Shown here piece by piece: positions 39,300-49,653 of a stretch of DNA of 64,000 nt. Under the pieces are notes generated by a model. It saw only the letters and a list, made by a program, of their open reading frames with translations, was not told the origin of the DNA and searched no databases. Within the stretch, counting starts at the first letter, position 1; each line of letters starts with the position of its first letter. A program made the position numbers and the translations under genes. The stretch comes from Sulfuritalea sp. Lineage in GTDB: Bacteria > Pseudomonadota > Gammaproteobacteria > Burkholderiales > Rhodocyclaceae. The stretch is from NCBI GenBank assembly GCA_044344175.1, contig JBIJDJ010000001.1:114-64113 (forward strand), given 5' to 3'.

Positions 39300-40250
39300 A
39301 TGGCCTACGACAGCCTGATGGTGTTTACCGGGAATGCCAACCGCAAGTTGGCAGCCGATGTCGTCAAACGCCTGCACATTTCGCTCGGTCGCGCCGATGT
39401 CGGGCGCTTTTCCGACGGCGAGATCAGTTGCGAGATCCTCGAGCATGTGCGCGGCCACGATGTTTTTGTATTGCAGTCGACCTGCTATCCCACCAACGAC
39501 AACCTGATGGAACTGATGGTGATGGTGGACGCCCTGAAGCGGGCCTCTGCCGGCCGCATCACCGCCGCCATCCCGTACTTCGGTTATGCCCGCCAGGACC
39601 GGCGGACGCGCTCGGCGCGTGTCGCGATCACCGCCAAGGTGGTCGCCAACATGCTGCAGACCGTCGGCGTGCAACGCGTGCTGACGGTCGATCTGCATGC
39701 CGACCAGATCCAGGGCTTTTTCGACATTCCGGTCGACAACGTGTACGCGGCGCCGATCCTGCTCGGCGACATCTGGAAGCAGCGCCACGAGGACCTGCTG
39801 GTGGTCTCGCCCGACGTCGGCGGCGTGGTGCGCGCGCGCGCGCTGGCCAAGCGCCTGGAGTCGGATCTGGCGATCATCGACAAGCGGCGGCCGAAGGCCA
39901 ATGTGTCGGAAGTCATGAACATCATCGGCGAAGTCGATGGCCGCACCTGCGTCATCATGGACGACATGGTGGATACCGCCGGCACGCTGTGCAAGGCCGC
40001 TCAGGCGCTCAAGGAAAACGGTGCCAAGCGGGTGCTGGCCTACTGTACCCATCCGGTGCTGTCGGGCAGCGCCGTGCCGCGGATCCTCGAGTCCGAACTC
40101 GACGAACTGGTCGTCACCGACACCATTCCGCTGTCCGACGAAGCCCGTGCCTGCCCGCGCATCCGGCAGATATCGATTGCCGAGTTGATGGCCGAGACCA
40201 TGTTGCGCATCAGCAACGAGTCGTCCGTCTCCTCCTTATTCATGGACTGA
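39300..40250 (+). CDS. prs: ribose-phosphate pyrophosphokinase
   Basis: [15 protein letters not shown] and DDMVDTAGT. Confidence 0.97.
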   Translation: MAYDSLMVFTGNANRKLAADVVKRLHISLGRADVGRFSDGEISCEILEHVRGHDVFVLQSTCYPTNDNLMELMVMVDALKRASAGRITAAIPYFGYARQDRRTRSARVAITAKVVANMLQTVGVQRVLTVDLHADQIQGFFDIPVDNVYAAPILLGDIWKQRHEDLLVVSPDVGGVVRARALAKRLESDLAIIDKRRPKANVSEVMNIIGEVDGRTCVIMDDMVDTAGTLCKAAQALKENGAKRVLAYCTHPVLSGSAVPRILESELDELVVTDTIPLSDEARACPRIRQISIAELMAETMLRISNESSVSSLFMD

Positions 40251-40263
40251 TTTCTTTTTTACC

Positions 40264-40287
40264 CCCTTGCCTGGTCGCGGGCAAGGG
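40264..40287 (+). promoter_or_regulatory. hairpin with GGTCGC loop in the rplY leader (candidate L25 leader)
   Basis: CCCTTGCC-TGGTCGCG-GGCAAGGG upstream of rplY. Confidence 0.5.
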
Positions 40288-40320
40288 ATTTCACCCAAGC
40301 AGCATTTAACGGAGTAAATC

Positions 40321-40980
40321 ATGCAACTAGAATTCAATGCAAACAAGCGCGATGGACAGGGCACCGGAGCGAGCCGCCGCCTGCGTCGTACCGGCCGGGT
40401 TCCCGGCATCCTCTACGGCGGCCCGACGGCGCCGCAGCAGATCGACATCGACCACAACGAGCTGTTTCAGCTGCTGCGCAAGGAGGCCTTTTATTCCTCC
40501 GTGCTCAACGTCAAGATCGACGGCGCCACCGAAATGTGCCTGCTGCGCGATGTACAGCGCCATCCCTACCGGCCGGTGATCCTGCATGCGGATTTTCAGC
40601 GCGTCGATGCGACGCGCAAGCTGCACCAGAAGATCCCCCTGCACTTCGTCAATGCCGATGTCTCGCCGGGCGTGAAGCTCTCCGGCGGCATGGTGCAGCA
40701 CGTCATGTCTGATCTCGACGTGCGCTGCCTGGCGAAGGATCTGCCGGCCTTCATCGAAGTGGATCTGATGGACATGACTGCCGGCCATTCGCTGCACGTC
40801 TCGCACCTCAAACTGCCGGCCGGCGTCGAAGCCATGCTGCACAAGGGCGAAGACCCGGTGGTGGCAACCATCCTGATTCGCGGTGGCAAGGCTGAAGAGG
40901 AAGTCGTTGAAGTCGAGGCGGCGCCTGTCGCTGCTCCGGCCCCGGTCGAGAAGAAGTCCGAGAAGACCGACAAGAGATAA
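40321..40980 (+). CDS. rplY: 50S ribosomal protein L25/Ctc
   Basis: [17 protein letters not shown] and QRHP..HADF. Confidence 0.95.
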   Translation: MQLEFNANKRDGQGTGASRRLRRTGRVPGILYGGPTAPQQIDIDHNELFQLLRKEAFYSSVLNVKIDGATEMCLLRDVQRHPYRPVILHADFQRVDATRKLHQKIPLHFVNADVSPGVKLSGGMVQHVMSDLDVRCLAKDLPAFIEVDLMDMTAGHSLHVSHLKLPAGVEAMLHKGEDPVVATILIRGGKAEEEVVEVEAAPVAAPAPVEKKSEKTDKR

Positions 40981-40984
40981 GCGC

Positions 40985-41599
40985 TTGCAGGCACCATTGC
41001 GCTTGATAGTCGGCCTCGGCAACCCCGGGGCCGAATACGCTGAAACCCGGCACAACGCCGGGTTTTGGCTTTGTGAGCGCCTGGCACGCGAACTCGGCGT
41101 CAATCCCGGCCGCGAGTCGCGCTTTCACGGCCTGGCCGGATTTGCGCGCGCTGAAAGTTTGTGGTTTCTCCTGCCGCAGACCTTCATGAACCGTTGCGGA
41201 CAGTCGGTGCGCGCGTTGACCCAGTTCTACCGCATCGAACCGGCCGAAATGCTGGTCATGCACGACGAACTGGATCTGCCGCCGGGGCAGATGCGGCTCA
41301 AGTTCGGCGGCGGCCTGGGCGGGCATAACGGCCTCAAGGACATTACGGCGCACCTGGGCACCCAGGACTATTGGCGCTTGCGCATTGGCATCGGCCATCC
41401 CGGCGACAAAAACGAAGTCGTGGATTACGTGCTGAAGCCGCCGCGCAAGGAAGAGCGCGGCGAGATCGACGGCGCGCTGGATCGGGCGCTATTGGCCTGG
41501 CCAACGCTTGCCCGCGGTGATTTCGGCGCCGCCACGCAGCGCATCAATTCAAAACCGGCGCCACCGACAACAGAAGCACCCAGGAAAGAAAATTCATGA
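40985..41599 (+). CDS. pth: peptidyl-tRNA hydrolase
   Basis: [22 protein letters not shown] and GGHNGL; TTG start approximate. Confidence 0.94.
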   Translation: MQAPLRLIVGLGNPGAEYAETRHNAGFWLCERLARELGVNPGRESRFHGLAGFARAESLWFLLPQTFMNRCGQSVRALTQFYRIEPAEMLVMHDELDLPPGQMRLKFGGGLGGHNGLKDITAHLGTQDYWRLRIGIGHPGDKNEVVDYVLKPPRKEERGEIDGALDRALLAWPTLARGDFGAATQRINSKPAPPTTEAPRKENS

Positions 41600-42690
41600 G
41601 TCTCAAATGCGGCATCGTCGGCCTGCCCAATGTCGGCAAGTCCACCCTTTTCAATGCGCTGACCAGGTCAGGCATTGCGGCGGAGAACTATCCCTTCTGC
41701 ACCATCGAGCCCAACGTCGGCATTGTCGAAGTACCCGATCCCCGGCTGGCCGCCCTGTCCGCCATCGTCAAGCCGCAGAAAATCCAGCCGGCCATCGTCG
41801 AATTCGTCGATATCGCCGGCCTTGTTGCCGGGGCGAGCAAGGGCGAGGGCCTGGGCAACCAGTTCCTTGCCAACATCCGCGAAACGGATGCCATTGTGCA
41901 TGTGGTGCGCTGCTTTTCGGATGAGAACGTGATCCACGTGGCGGGCAAGGTCGACCCTCTGTCCGATATCGAAGTCATCGATACGGAGTTGGCACTGGCC
42001 GACATGACGGCAGTGGAACGTGCGCTCAACCGTTATTCGAAGCAGGCCAAGGCGGGCGGCGACAAGGAAGCGAAATTGCTGGTGCCGGTCCTCGAGAGAT
42101 GCCTGGTCCAGTTGAATCAGGCAAAAGCCATCCGTGCGCTGGACTTTTCCAAAGAAGAATGGGCGCTACTCAAACCTTTCTACCTGATCACGGCGAAACC
42201 GGTGCTGTATGTCGCCAACGTCAAGGAAGGCGGCTTCGAGAACAATCCTCATGTCGAGGCGGTACGCAGTCACGCCGCAACGGAAAAAGCCGAGGTGGTC
42301 GCCGTCTGCGCCGCCATCGAGGCAGAAATTGCTGATCTGGAAGACGATGAAAAACAGATGTTCCTGGCCGATCTCGGTCTCGCCGAACCGGGCCTGGACC
42401 GACTGATTCATGCCGGCTACAAACTGCTCGGCCTGCAAACCTACTTTACTGCGGGCGTCAAGGAAGTGCGGGCCTGGACGATTCACGCCGGCGATACCGC
42501 GCCGCAGGCAGCCGGGGTAATTCACACCGATTTCGAAAGAGGCTTCATCCGCGCCCAGACCATCGCCTTCGACGATTTCATTGCCTACAAGGGCGAAGCC
42601 GGCGCCAAGGAAGCCGGCCGGATGCGGGCGGAAGGCAAGGAGTACATCGTCAAGGACGGCGACGTCCTTAATTTCCTCTTCAACGTTTAG
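41596..42690 (+). CDS. ychF: redox-regulated ATPase YchF
   Basis: [19 protein letters not shown] and DIAGLV. Confidence 0.97.
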   Translation: MSLKCGIVGLPNVGKSTLFNALTRSGIAAENYPFCTIEPNVGIVEVPDPRLAALSAIVKPQKIQPAIVEFVDIAGLVAGASKGEGLGNQFLANIRETDAIVHVVRCFSDENVIHVAGKVDPLSDIEVIDTELALADMTAVERALNRYSKQAKAGGDKEAKLLVPVLERCLVQLNQAKAIRALDFSKEEWALLKPFYLITAKPVLYVANVKEGGFENNPHVEAVRSHAATEKAEVVAVCAAIEAEIADLEDDEKQMFLADLGLAEPGLDRLIHAGYKLLGLQTYFTAGVKEVRAWTIHAGDTAPQAAGVIHTDFERGFIRAQTIAFDDFIAYKGEAGAKEAGRMRAEGKEYIVKDGDVLNFLFNV

Positions 42691-42705
42691 CCGGTCAAAA
42701 GTCAT

Positions 42706-42726
42706 GTCTCCGGCTGAGCCGGAGAC
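42706..42726. terminator. hairpin after ychF (likely terminator)
   Basis: GTCTCCGGC-TGA-GCCGGAGAC; no clear U tract. Confidence 0.5.
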
Positions 42727-42749
42727 TCAGGGCCGCTGCGGGCCCTGCC

Positions 42750-43195
42750 TCAGGCCGGGTCGCGTTGCCGTGCTCGTTCCTCGTTGGCAATGCGCAGGGT
42801 AACGTCGGCGATCATCCAGATGCTGTGTGTCATCCCGACCGGCATCTTGCGTCCGAAGAGTTCGGCCCAGAACTGCGTGCCGTCGGCACGCTTCAGGCGA
42901 CGCATGCCTTGCACCAGATGGCCGTGGTCGAAGGTGTTTCGCGGTCGGCGAAGAACTGACCGGCTTACGCGACGTTGAACATGTAGCGGATGGCGATGCG
43001 TACCGCGAGGACCGAGAGCATGTAGGTCGCCCATATTTTCAACAGCGACATCCCGGCGGTCTCGAAAAGAACCAGAAAACACAGAAAAATTCCGATCAGC
43101 GCCGAGATGACGCCCGATGGCAGGCGATCGAAAAGCATCTCGATGCGGCGTACTTCCGCTTCGGCGCTGAGTTCTTGGGAGAACAAGGATTTCAT
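42750..43195 (-). pseudogene. collapsed membrane sensor gene (TM N-terminus plus PAS/PAC C-terminal fragment)
   Basis: 76-aa ORF with two TM helices, then out-of-frame RRLKRADGTQFWAELFG...WMIADVT PAC-like segment. Confidence 0.6.
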
Positions 43196-43243
43196 CGCGG
43201 GGCTATGACAGCAAGCTTAATCGTAGCCCGATTTCTTGCCCCG

Positions 43244-43612
43244 TCAACCGGCAGCTTGTTGTCCTGCGATTTCGGCGCGCACCGCGTCCATGTCGAGGGC
43301 CATGGCCTGCGCGATCAGCTGCTCGAGAGCAGAAGCCGGCAAGGCGCCCGCCTCCGAATAAATGATGATCTGGTCACGAAACATCATCAGGGTCGGGATC
43401 GAGCGGATGTTGAAGGCGGCGGCGATTTCCTGCTGCTCTTCGGTATTGACCTTGGCGAAGACGATGTCGCTGCGCTTCTCCGCGGCGGCTTCGAAGGTCG
43501 GTGCAAAGCCACGGCACGGGGCGCACCAGGGCGCCCAGAAATCTATGATCAGGTTGGCGTTGTCGTTGATCGCCTGCTGGAAATTTCCAGCGGTGAGTTC
43601 CAGCGTGGCCAT
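43244..43612 (-). CDS. trxA: thioredoxin
   Basis: DFWAPWCAPC and IRSIPTL. Confidence 0.88.
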   Translation of the reverse strand: MATLELTAGNFQQAINDNANLIIDFWAPWCAPCRGFAPTFEAAAEKRSDIVFAKVNTEEQQEIAAAFNIRSIPTLMMFRDQIIIYSEAGALPASALEQLIAQAMALDMDAVRAEIAGQQAAG

Positions 43613-43681
43613 GGGCGGCTCCCTTGTTGATTTGATACGAATCCTACCGTTTTGCCGCGCCTCGTGCTATCACTCTGCCCG

Positions 43682-44629
43682 ATGAATACTTCCACTTCTG
43701 TTTATCGCGGTCGCTTCGCGCCTTCGCCCACTGGGCCCTTGCATTTCGGTTCGCTGGTGGCGGCTGCCGGCTCGTTCCTGGAGGCCAGGACCAAGGGCGG
43801 CGAATGGCTGCTGCGCATGGAGGATGTCGACGCGCCGCGCTGTTCCAAAACGGCTGCCGATGAAATCCTGCACACACTGGAGGCTTGCGGCTTTGCCTGG
43901 GATGGCGCGGTGGTCTGGCAGAGTAGCCGTACCGGGGCTTATGCGGCGGCGCTGGAGCGGTTGAAGGCGGCGGGCCGCGTATTTGCCTGTGCCTGTACCC
44001 GCCGCGAACTGGCTGACTCAGCCATCGCGCCTGATGGCGCCGCGATCTATCCCGGCACCTGCCGGCAGGGCCTTGCTGCGGGCCGGCCGGCGCGCGCCTG
44101 GCGGCTACGGGTGGGGGATGTCCGTGTCAGTTTCGACGACGCGATCCAGGGCCGCATCGACAGCGATCTCGCCTTTGATGCGGGCGACTTCATCCTGTTG
44201 CGTGCCGACGGCTTGTTCGCCTATCAGCTGGCGGTGGTGGTCGACGACGCCGCGGCCGGCATTACCCATGTCGTGCGCGGCGCCGACCTGTTGGCCTCGA
44301 CTGCGCGCCAGATCTTCCTGCAGGAATGCCTCGGCCTGCCGACGCCGTGCTACGCCCACCTGCCGGTGGCGGTCAATGCCGCCGGAGAAAAGCTGTCGAA
44401 GCAGACGCGCGCAGCACCGGTGGATGCTTCGCAGCCCGGCTCCGCGCTGTTCGCGGCGCTGGAATTTCTCGGTCAGCAGCCGCCGGCGGAATTTTCCGGT
44501 GCTGGCCCGGACGAACTCTGGGCCTGGGCCATGCGACACTGGCGACTCGATCGGGTGCCGCGCGGTCCGGCGCCTTGCGGGTGGGATAATCGGACTGCCT
44601 CGATAAAGGAAGCACGCCATGATGATTGA
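43682..44629 (+). CDS. gluQ: glutamyl-Q tRNA(Asp) synthetase
   Basis: GRFAPSPTGPLHFGSL, CACTRR and KLSKQ; no anticodon-binding domain. Confidence 0.93.
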   Translation: MNTSTSVYRGRFAPSPTGPLHFGSLVAAAGSFLEARTKGGEWLLRMEDVDAPRCSKTAADEILHTLEACGFAWDGAVVWQSSRTGAYAAALERLKAAGRVFACACTRRELADSAIAPDGAAIYPGTCRQGLAAGRPARAWRLRVGDVRVSFDDAIQGRIDSDLAFDAGDFILLRADGLFAYQLAVVVDDAAAGITHVVRGADLLASTARQIFLQECLGLPTPCYAHLPVAVNAAGEKLSKQTRAAPVDASQPGSALFAALEFLGQQPPAEFSGAGPDELWAWAMRHWRLDRVPRGPAPCGWDNRTASIKEARHDD

Positions 44630-45101
44630 TGATGTCGCCGGCCTGCGCCGGGTTCTGCAGGGCAACCGTGTGGTTGCGGTGGTCGGGCTGTCGCCGAACT
44701 GGAACCGGCCGAGTTATTTCGCCGCCAAATACATGCTGGAACACGGTTATACGGTGATCCCGGTGAATCCCGGAGCAACCGAGATTCTCGGCCGGAAGTG
44801 CTATCCGGATCTTGCCGCGATTCCGGAAAAAGTCGATCTGGTCGACGTGTTCCGCAAGCCCGAAGACGTGATGCCGATTGCCGAAGAGGCGATACGCATC
44901 GGCGCAAAATGCCTCTGGCTTCAGTTGGGTGTGATTCATCGCGAGGCCGCTGGCAAGGCGGCGGCGGCCGGGCTTGATGTGGTGATGGACCGCTGCGTGA
45001 AAATTGAGTACGCACGTCTGTTCGGCGGGCTCAACTACGCGGGAGTAAACACCCGGATCATTTCGGCCAAGCGGCCGCCCTGTCCGCCCCTGATGGGCTG
45101 A
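44619..45101 (+). CDS. CoA-binding protein (YccU-like)
   Basis: VVGLS..RPSY, PVNP, WLQLG and VMDRC. Confidence 0.88.
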   Translation: MMIDDVAGLRRVLQGNRVVAVVGLSPNWNRPSYFAAKYMLEHGYTVIPVNPGATEILGRKCYPDLAAIPEKVDLVDVFRKPEDVMPIAEEAIRIGAKCLWLQLGVIHREAAGKAAAAGLDVVMDRCVKIEYARLFGGLNYAGVNTRIISAKRPPCPPLMG

Positions 45102-45105
45102 GGGT

Positions 45106-45783
45106 TCAGCGTCCCTGGGCGTTATCCCACAGCAGCTTGTGCAGTTGCAGCTGAAATCGCAGCGGCAGGCGGTCATCCAGAATCCATTGCGCCAGTTGCG
45201 TCGGATCGAGTTGCCCCTGCACGGGTGAAAACAGCACCGGGCAGCGCTCGAAAAGTCGGCGCTGGCGACACGCTGACCCGGCCCATTCGTAGTCCTCGCG
45301 CGAGGCGAGAACGAACTTCAGCTCGTCGTGGCTCGTCAGCAGCTCGATATTTTCCCAACGGTTTTTTTCATGTTCGCCCGAACCGGGTGCCTTGAGGTCC
45401 ACGATGCGTGCGACGCGCGGGTCGACGCCGCCGATGTCCAGGGCACCGCTGGTTTCCAGCGATACCGAATACCCGGCATCGCACAGCGTGTCGAGCAGCG
45501 GCAGGCAGCCCTTCTGCGCCAGCGGCTCGCCACCGGTGACGCAGACCGTGCCGCAATCAAATTGCGCGACGCGCTGCAGGACTTCGTCAATCGTCAGAGC
45601 GTCACCACCGCTGAAGGCGTAGGCGGTATCGCACCAGACGCAGCGCAAGGGGCAACCGGTAAGCCGCACGAATACCGTGGGCAGCCCGACGCGGCTGGAT
45701 TCGCCCTGGATGGAGTGAAAGATTTCGGTGACGCGCAGCGTCGTTGCCAACCCGGTGCGCAGCGCGGTGCCGGCGGCAGACAC
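45106..45783 (-). CDS. queE: 7-carboxy-7-deazaguanine synthase (radical SAM)
   Basis: EIFHSIQGE, CPLRCVWCDT and TGGEPL. Confidence 0.93.
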   Translation of the reverse strand: MSAAGTALRTGLATTLRVTEIFHSIQGESSRVGLPTVFVRLTGCPLRCVWCDTAYAFSGGDALTIDEVLQRVAQFDCGTVCVTGGEPLAQKGCLPLLDTLCDAGYSVSLETSGALDIGGVDPRVARIVDLKAPGSGEHEKNRWENIELLTSHDELKFVLASREDYEWAGSACRQRRLFERCPVLFSPVQGQLDPTQLAQWILDDRLPLRFQLQLHKLLWDNAQGR

Positions 45784-46538
45784 TACTTCTTCTTCAGCCG
45801 CAGCTTCGCCTTCTTGCCGGCCTCGCTGCTGGGGTACTTCTCTGCCAGCTGTTCCAGCGTGGTCCGGACACCCTTCCAGTCCTTGGTCGCTTCGAGGCTG
45901 GCGACGCGGCTTTCCAGCGCTGCCGGTGCGCGTTCGTCATTGGGCCAGCCTGCGGCGAACTTGCCGAACAGGTCGGCAGCGCCGGCGTGGTCCTTGGCCT
46001 GAGCGTGGGCGTAAGCACCCCAGTAGTGGGCCGAGGCGGTGAGGCTGCTTTTCGGGTACGCCTTGATGAAGGCGAGGAAGGATGAGGCCGCCTCCTTGAA
46101 TTTGGAGGCCTTGAGCTCGGCCAGCGCCGCTTCGTAGTCGCGGGTTTCCTGCGCAGGGTCGATTTTCGGGGTTTCGGGCTTGGCTTCGACCTTGGCTTCG
46201 ACCGGGGGCGCCTCCAACTTGCGCAGGCGACCATCCAGATCGACATAAAAATCTTTCTGGCGCTTCTGTGCCGCTTCGAGTTCGTAGCTAAGGACTTCGA
46301 TCTGGCCGCGCAGTTTGGCGATGTCGGCCTTGATCGCCTCGGTCTGGTTGGCAAAGTCGATCTGGTTGCGATTGATGGTGTCGGCGCGTTTGGCAAGTTC
46401 GGCAAACTCGACTTTGAGCACCTCGATGCGCTGGCGGGCCTCGTCGTCGTCGAATATGGCTGCCTGGGTGGGCGACGTCAGTGCCGCGATCAGCAGCAGC
46501 GCCGTCAGCAGCGCCCGCAGCCATTCACGCAGCTTCAA
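45783..46538 (-). CDS. cpoB: Tol-Pal TPR protein CpoB/YbgF
   Basis: signal peptide, coiled coil LRGQIE and TPR domain; follows pal. Confidence 0.9.
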   Translation of the reverse strand: MKLREWLRALLTALLLIAALTSPTQAAIFDDDEARQRIEVLKVEFAELAKRADTINRNQIDFANQTEAIKADIAKLRGQIEVLSYELEAAQKRQKDFYVDLDGRLRKLEAPPVEAKVEAKPETPKIDPAQETRDYEAALAELKASKFKEAASSFLAFIKAYPKSSLTASAHYWGAYAHAQAKDHAGAADLFGKFAAGWPNDERAPAALESRVASLEATKDWKGVRTTLEQLAEKYPSSEAGKKAKLRLKKK

Positions 46539-47077
46539 AACTCACCCGAGTAGAGCATGTCGCCGCGGCGGTTCTTGCCCCAGCACTCTTCGCTGGATGC
46601 AGTGCAGGCTGGCTTTTCTTCGCCAAGGCTCACGGCTTCAAGCTGGTCTTCCCTGGCACCGAGCAAGACCAGCGCCTTTCGAACCGCTTCGGCGCGCTTC
46701 TGACCCAAGGCCAGGTTGTACTCGCGGCTGCCGCGCTCGTCGGCATTGCCCTGGATCAGCATTTTCATCTTCGGATTGGCCGAGAGGAACTTGCCGTGGG
46801 CGGTCAGCAGCGACTGGAACTCGTCCTTGACCACATAGCTGTCGTAATCGAAGTAGATGCTGCGCTTCGACAGCGGGCTCTTCGGATCCTTCAGCGCGGC
46901 AATGCTGTTCGGGTCGAACTGCTCTGGCTTGACCTGGACGACCGGCGGGGTGTCGACCCTGACGGCGCCGGGTGTACGCGATTCAACGCCTGCGGGATTC
47001 TGTTCGGGTGCCGGCGGCTGCGAACCGCAGGCGGCAAGCAGCAGGGTGGTGATGGAAAGGCTGATGAGTGCGCGCAT
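46535..47077 (-). CDS. pal: peptidoglycan-associated lipoprotein
   Basis: LAAC lipobox, YFDYD and DERGSREYNLALG. Confidence 0.96.
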   Translation of the reverse strand: MRALISLSITTLLLAACGSQPPAPEQNPAGVESRTPGAVRVDTPPVVQVKPEQFDPNSIAALKDPKSPLSKRSIYFDYDSYVVKDEFQSLLTAHGKFLSANPKMKMLIQGNADERGSREYNLALGQKRAEAVRKALVLLGAREDQLEAVSLGEEKPACTASSEECWGKNRRGDMLYSGEF

Positions 47078-47110
47078 GGTGGATTCCTAGAGAAATTCGG
47101 TGGCGATACC

Positions 47111-48379
47111 TTATCGGACCAGCGGACCCCAGGCAGGTTCCCGCACGTCGGCGGCCTGCACGGAGAGTTTTTGCTTGACCCGGCCATCGCTGGAAACGGC
47201 AGCGAGGACGCCGCGCCCGCCGATCTCGGTGGCATAGAGGATCATGCGCCCGTTGGGGGCGAAGCTGGGCGATTCATCCTTGGTCGAGTCGGTAAGAATC
47301 TGCGTCTGCTTGCTCGCCAGGTCCATCAGCGCCAACTGGAAGCGGCCGCCGTTCCTGGTGATGTAGGCCATGCTCTTGCCATCAGGCGAGAGGCGCGGCG
47401 TGACGTTGTAGCTGCCCTCGAAGGTGACCCGTTCCGTATTGCCGCCGCTCTTGGCGGTGCGATAGATCTGCGGGCTGCCGCCGCGATCCGACGTGAAGTA
47501 GATGAACTGGCCGTCCGGCGCCCAGCGCGGTTCGGTGTCGATGCCGGAGGATGTCGCTATGCGTGTTACGCCGCTGCCGTCGGCGTTCACGACGTACAGT
47601 TGCGACGAGCCGTCCTTGGTCAGGACCACGGCCAGTTGCTTGCCGTCGGGCGACCAGGCCGGCGCCGAATTCGAGCCCTTGAAGTTGGCGGCGACATGGC
47701 GCCGCCCGCTGGCCAGATCATGCACATACACCACCGGCTTTTTCGCTTCGAAGGAGACATAGGCCAGCTTGCTGCCATCGGGCGACCACGTCGGCGAGAT
47801 GATCGGCTCGCGCGAGGCCAGCGCCGCCTGGTCATTGCTGCCGTCGGCATCGGCGATTTTCAGTTCGAAGCGGCCGGTGCTCTTCACCACATAGGCGATG
47901 CGCGTGGAGAACACGCCGGGCTCGCCGGTGAGCTTCTCGTAGATGAAATCGGCGATGCGGTGGGCTGTCGCGCGCAACTGGGCGCCGGTATGCAGGTAGG
48001 CCGGGGTGCCCAGCACGGCCTGCTTCTGCACGTCGGACAGGCGCACCCGGGTTTCGTGGCGGCCGTCGGCGGCCGTCGCCACGCTGCCGCCGGCGACGAC
48101 ATCCGCGCCGCGCGCCTTGAGGTCTTCGAACGGCGGCGTGGCGCTGTCGGACAGCGGGCTGCCGGGATCGACCAGACGGAACAGGCCGCTGCGTTCGAGA
48201 TCGGCGCGCACCACCGAGGTCAGGGCCTGGGCGACGATACGCTCGCCGGTGAATTCGGCGATGGCGACAGGCAGGCGGTTGGCGCCGGCGCCGGTAATTT
48301 CCACCGTGAGTTGCGCGCGGGCGGCAGAACAAAGAGCCAGAGCGGCGGCGCAGGCAAGAAAAAGACGTTGGAATCTCAT
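47111..48379 (-). CDS. tolB: Tol-Pal beta-propeller protein
   Basis: AHRIAD and repeated PxWSPDG motifs. Confidence 0.95.
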   Translation of the reverse strand: MRFQRLFLACAAALALCSAARAQLTVEITGAGANRLPVAIAEFTGERIVAQALTSVVRADLERSGLFRLVDPGSPLSDSATPPFEDLKARGADVVAGGSVATAADGRHETRVRLSDVQKQAVLGTPAYLHTGAQLRATAHRIADFIYEKLTGEPGVFSTRIAYVVKSTGRFELKIADADGSNDQAALASREPIISPTWSPDGSKLAYVSFEAKKPVVYVHDLASGRRHVAANFKGSNSAPAWSPDGKQLAVVLTKDGSSQLYVVNADGSGVTRIATSSGIDTEPRWAPDGQFIYFTSDRGGSPQIYRTAKSGGNTERVTFEGSYNVTPRLSPDGKSMAYITRNGGRFQLALMDLASKQTQILTDSTKDESPSFAPNGRMILYATEIGGRGVLAAVSSDGRVKQKLSVQAADVREPAWGPLVR

Positions 48380-48386
48380 CGCGGCG

Positions 48387-48392
48387 ATTATA
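48387..48392 (-). promoter_or_regulatory. consensus -10 box 7 nt upstream of the tolB ATG
   Basis: minus strand GGTATAAT-CGCCGCG-ATG with no SD sequence. Confidence 0.55.
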
Positions 48393-48463
48393 CCGCCTCG
48401 ATCCCTGCATTCCTGACCCGGAACAGGCCCGGAAATCCTTTGCGCGGCTGGATTACTTGCGGG

Positions 48464-49240
48464 CTATTGCTCATCCAGCGGTCGAAAGCGCAGTTCGAGC
48501 GAGCGCGAGAACAAGTCGGCCGGCTCCGGTTTGGGCAGGGGGTTGGACTTGAGGATGGCGCGTTCGATGGCGGCATCGAGCGCCGCATGCCCGGACGAGC
48601 GCTTGAGGCGCACGGTGACGATTTCGCCGCTGGGCAATTGCGTGACGTCGAACACCGCCTCCGGATTGCCCTTGATTTCGGGCGGCACGACGATGTTGCC
48701 GCGGATCTTGCCGCGGATGCGGCCGAGGTAGTCGGCGACCGCCTTGCTGCGCGCGGTGGCGGCTTGCGCCGCCTTGATCTGGGTGAGTTCCTGCGCGGCG
48801 CTGTCGGCCTGCTTGCGCTGCGTCAGCTGTTCGGTCTCGCGCCTGAGCTGTTCCTGGAAGGGATCGACCCGCGGCTTCGGTTCGACCTTGGGCGGCGGTA
48901 AAGGCTTGGGCTCAGCCTTGGGCGGCGGCTTGGTTTTTTCCTTGTCCTTGATGGCGATGTCGGGTTTTGGCGGAGGCGGCGCCGGCTTGGGGACCGGCGG
49001 CGGCTCGGAAGTCGGCGCCGGCGGCACGGCAATGGGCGGGGCCGGGGTGGCAACGGCGGGGGCGGGCTCGGCGACGGCGCGAACCAGTTCGACCTCGACC
49101 ACGTCGGTGGCCTTGGTCTGCCAGCGCACACCGTAAAACAGGAAGCCGGCCAGCAGCAGGTGTACCGCGACCGCCAGAGCGACGGAAGCACGCTTGCCGG
49201 CCTTGTTCGCAGGCGGCAGGATGGGCGAATCCGCGCTCAC
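48464..49240 (-). CDS. tolA: TolA
   Basis: TM helix with His, Pro/Lys-rich linker, SSG..LD..ERAI C-domain; between tolR and tolB. Confidence 0.88.
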   Translation of the reverse strand: MSADSPILPPANKAGKRASVALAVAVHLLLAGFLFYGVRWQTKATDVVEVELVRAVAEPAPAVATPAPPIAVPPAPTSEPPPVPKPAPPPPKPDIAIKDKEKTKPPPKAEPKPLPPPKVEPKPRVDPFQEQLRRETEQLTQRKQADSAAQELTQIKAAQAATARSKAVADYLGRIRGKIRGNIVVPPEIKGNPEAVFDVTQLPSGEIVTVRLKRSSGHAALDAAIERAILKSNPLPKPEPADLFSRSLELRFRPLDEQ

Positions 49241-49653
49241 TTGGCCGCTGCCACCGGCTGCACCAGCAGCCCTATTCTCGTCACCTGTTGGCGCTGCAGT
49301 TCATCCATCACGCCCAGCACCGCTTCGTACCTGACGCTCTTGTCGCCGGCGATCAGCACCGCCTGCTGCGGATTCGCTGCTTGCGCCTGCTTGATCCGTC
49401 CGGCGAGGTCGGCGCGCGTCACTACCTGTTCTGCGCTGCCCTTGGCGCGATCGCGCAGCGCCAGCGAACTGTCAGCCTTGATGATGACCTCCAGCGGCGC
49501 CACCGGCGGCAGGCTGCTCTTGCCGACACTGGGCAGGTCGACGCTGCCGGGCTGGATCATCGGCGCGGTGACCATGAAGATCACGAGTAAAACCAGCATC
49601 ACGTCGATATAGGGAACGACGTTGATCTCGTTCATGAGCCGGCGCTTACGCAC
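49237..49653 (-). CDS. tolR: TolR
   Basis: EINVVPYIDVMLVLLVIFMVTAP. Confidence 0.95.
   Translation of the reverse strand: MRKRRLMNEINVVPYIDVMLVLLVIFMVTAPMIQPGSVDLPSVGKSSLPPVAPLEVIIKADSSLALRDRAKGSAEQVVTRADLAGRIKQAQAANPQQAVLIAGDKSVRYEAVLGVMDELQRQQVTRIGLLVQPVAAAK

Noticed and set aside
39148-39300. tRNA-Gln as an integration site
   Set aside because: No integrase or duplicated tRNA 3' end; prs follows directly
46481-48901. 806-aa plus-strand ORF and similar long antisense ORFs (28624-30516, 56853-58688, 10166-11482, 35834-37507)
   Set aside because: Shadow frames opposite well-supported genes in GC-rich DNA, with no recognisable motifs
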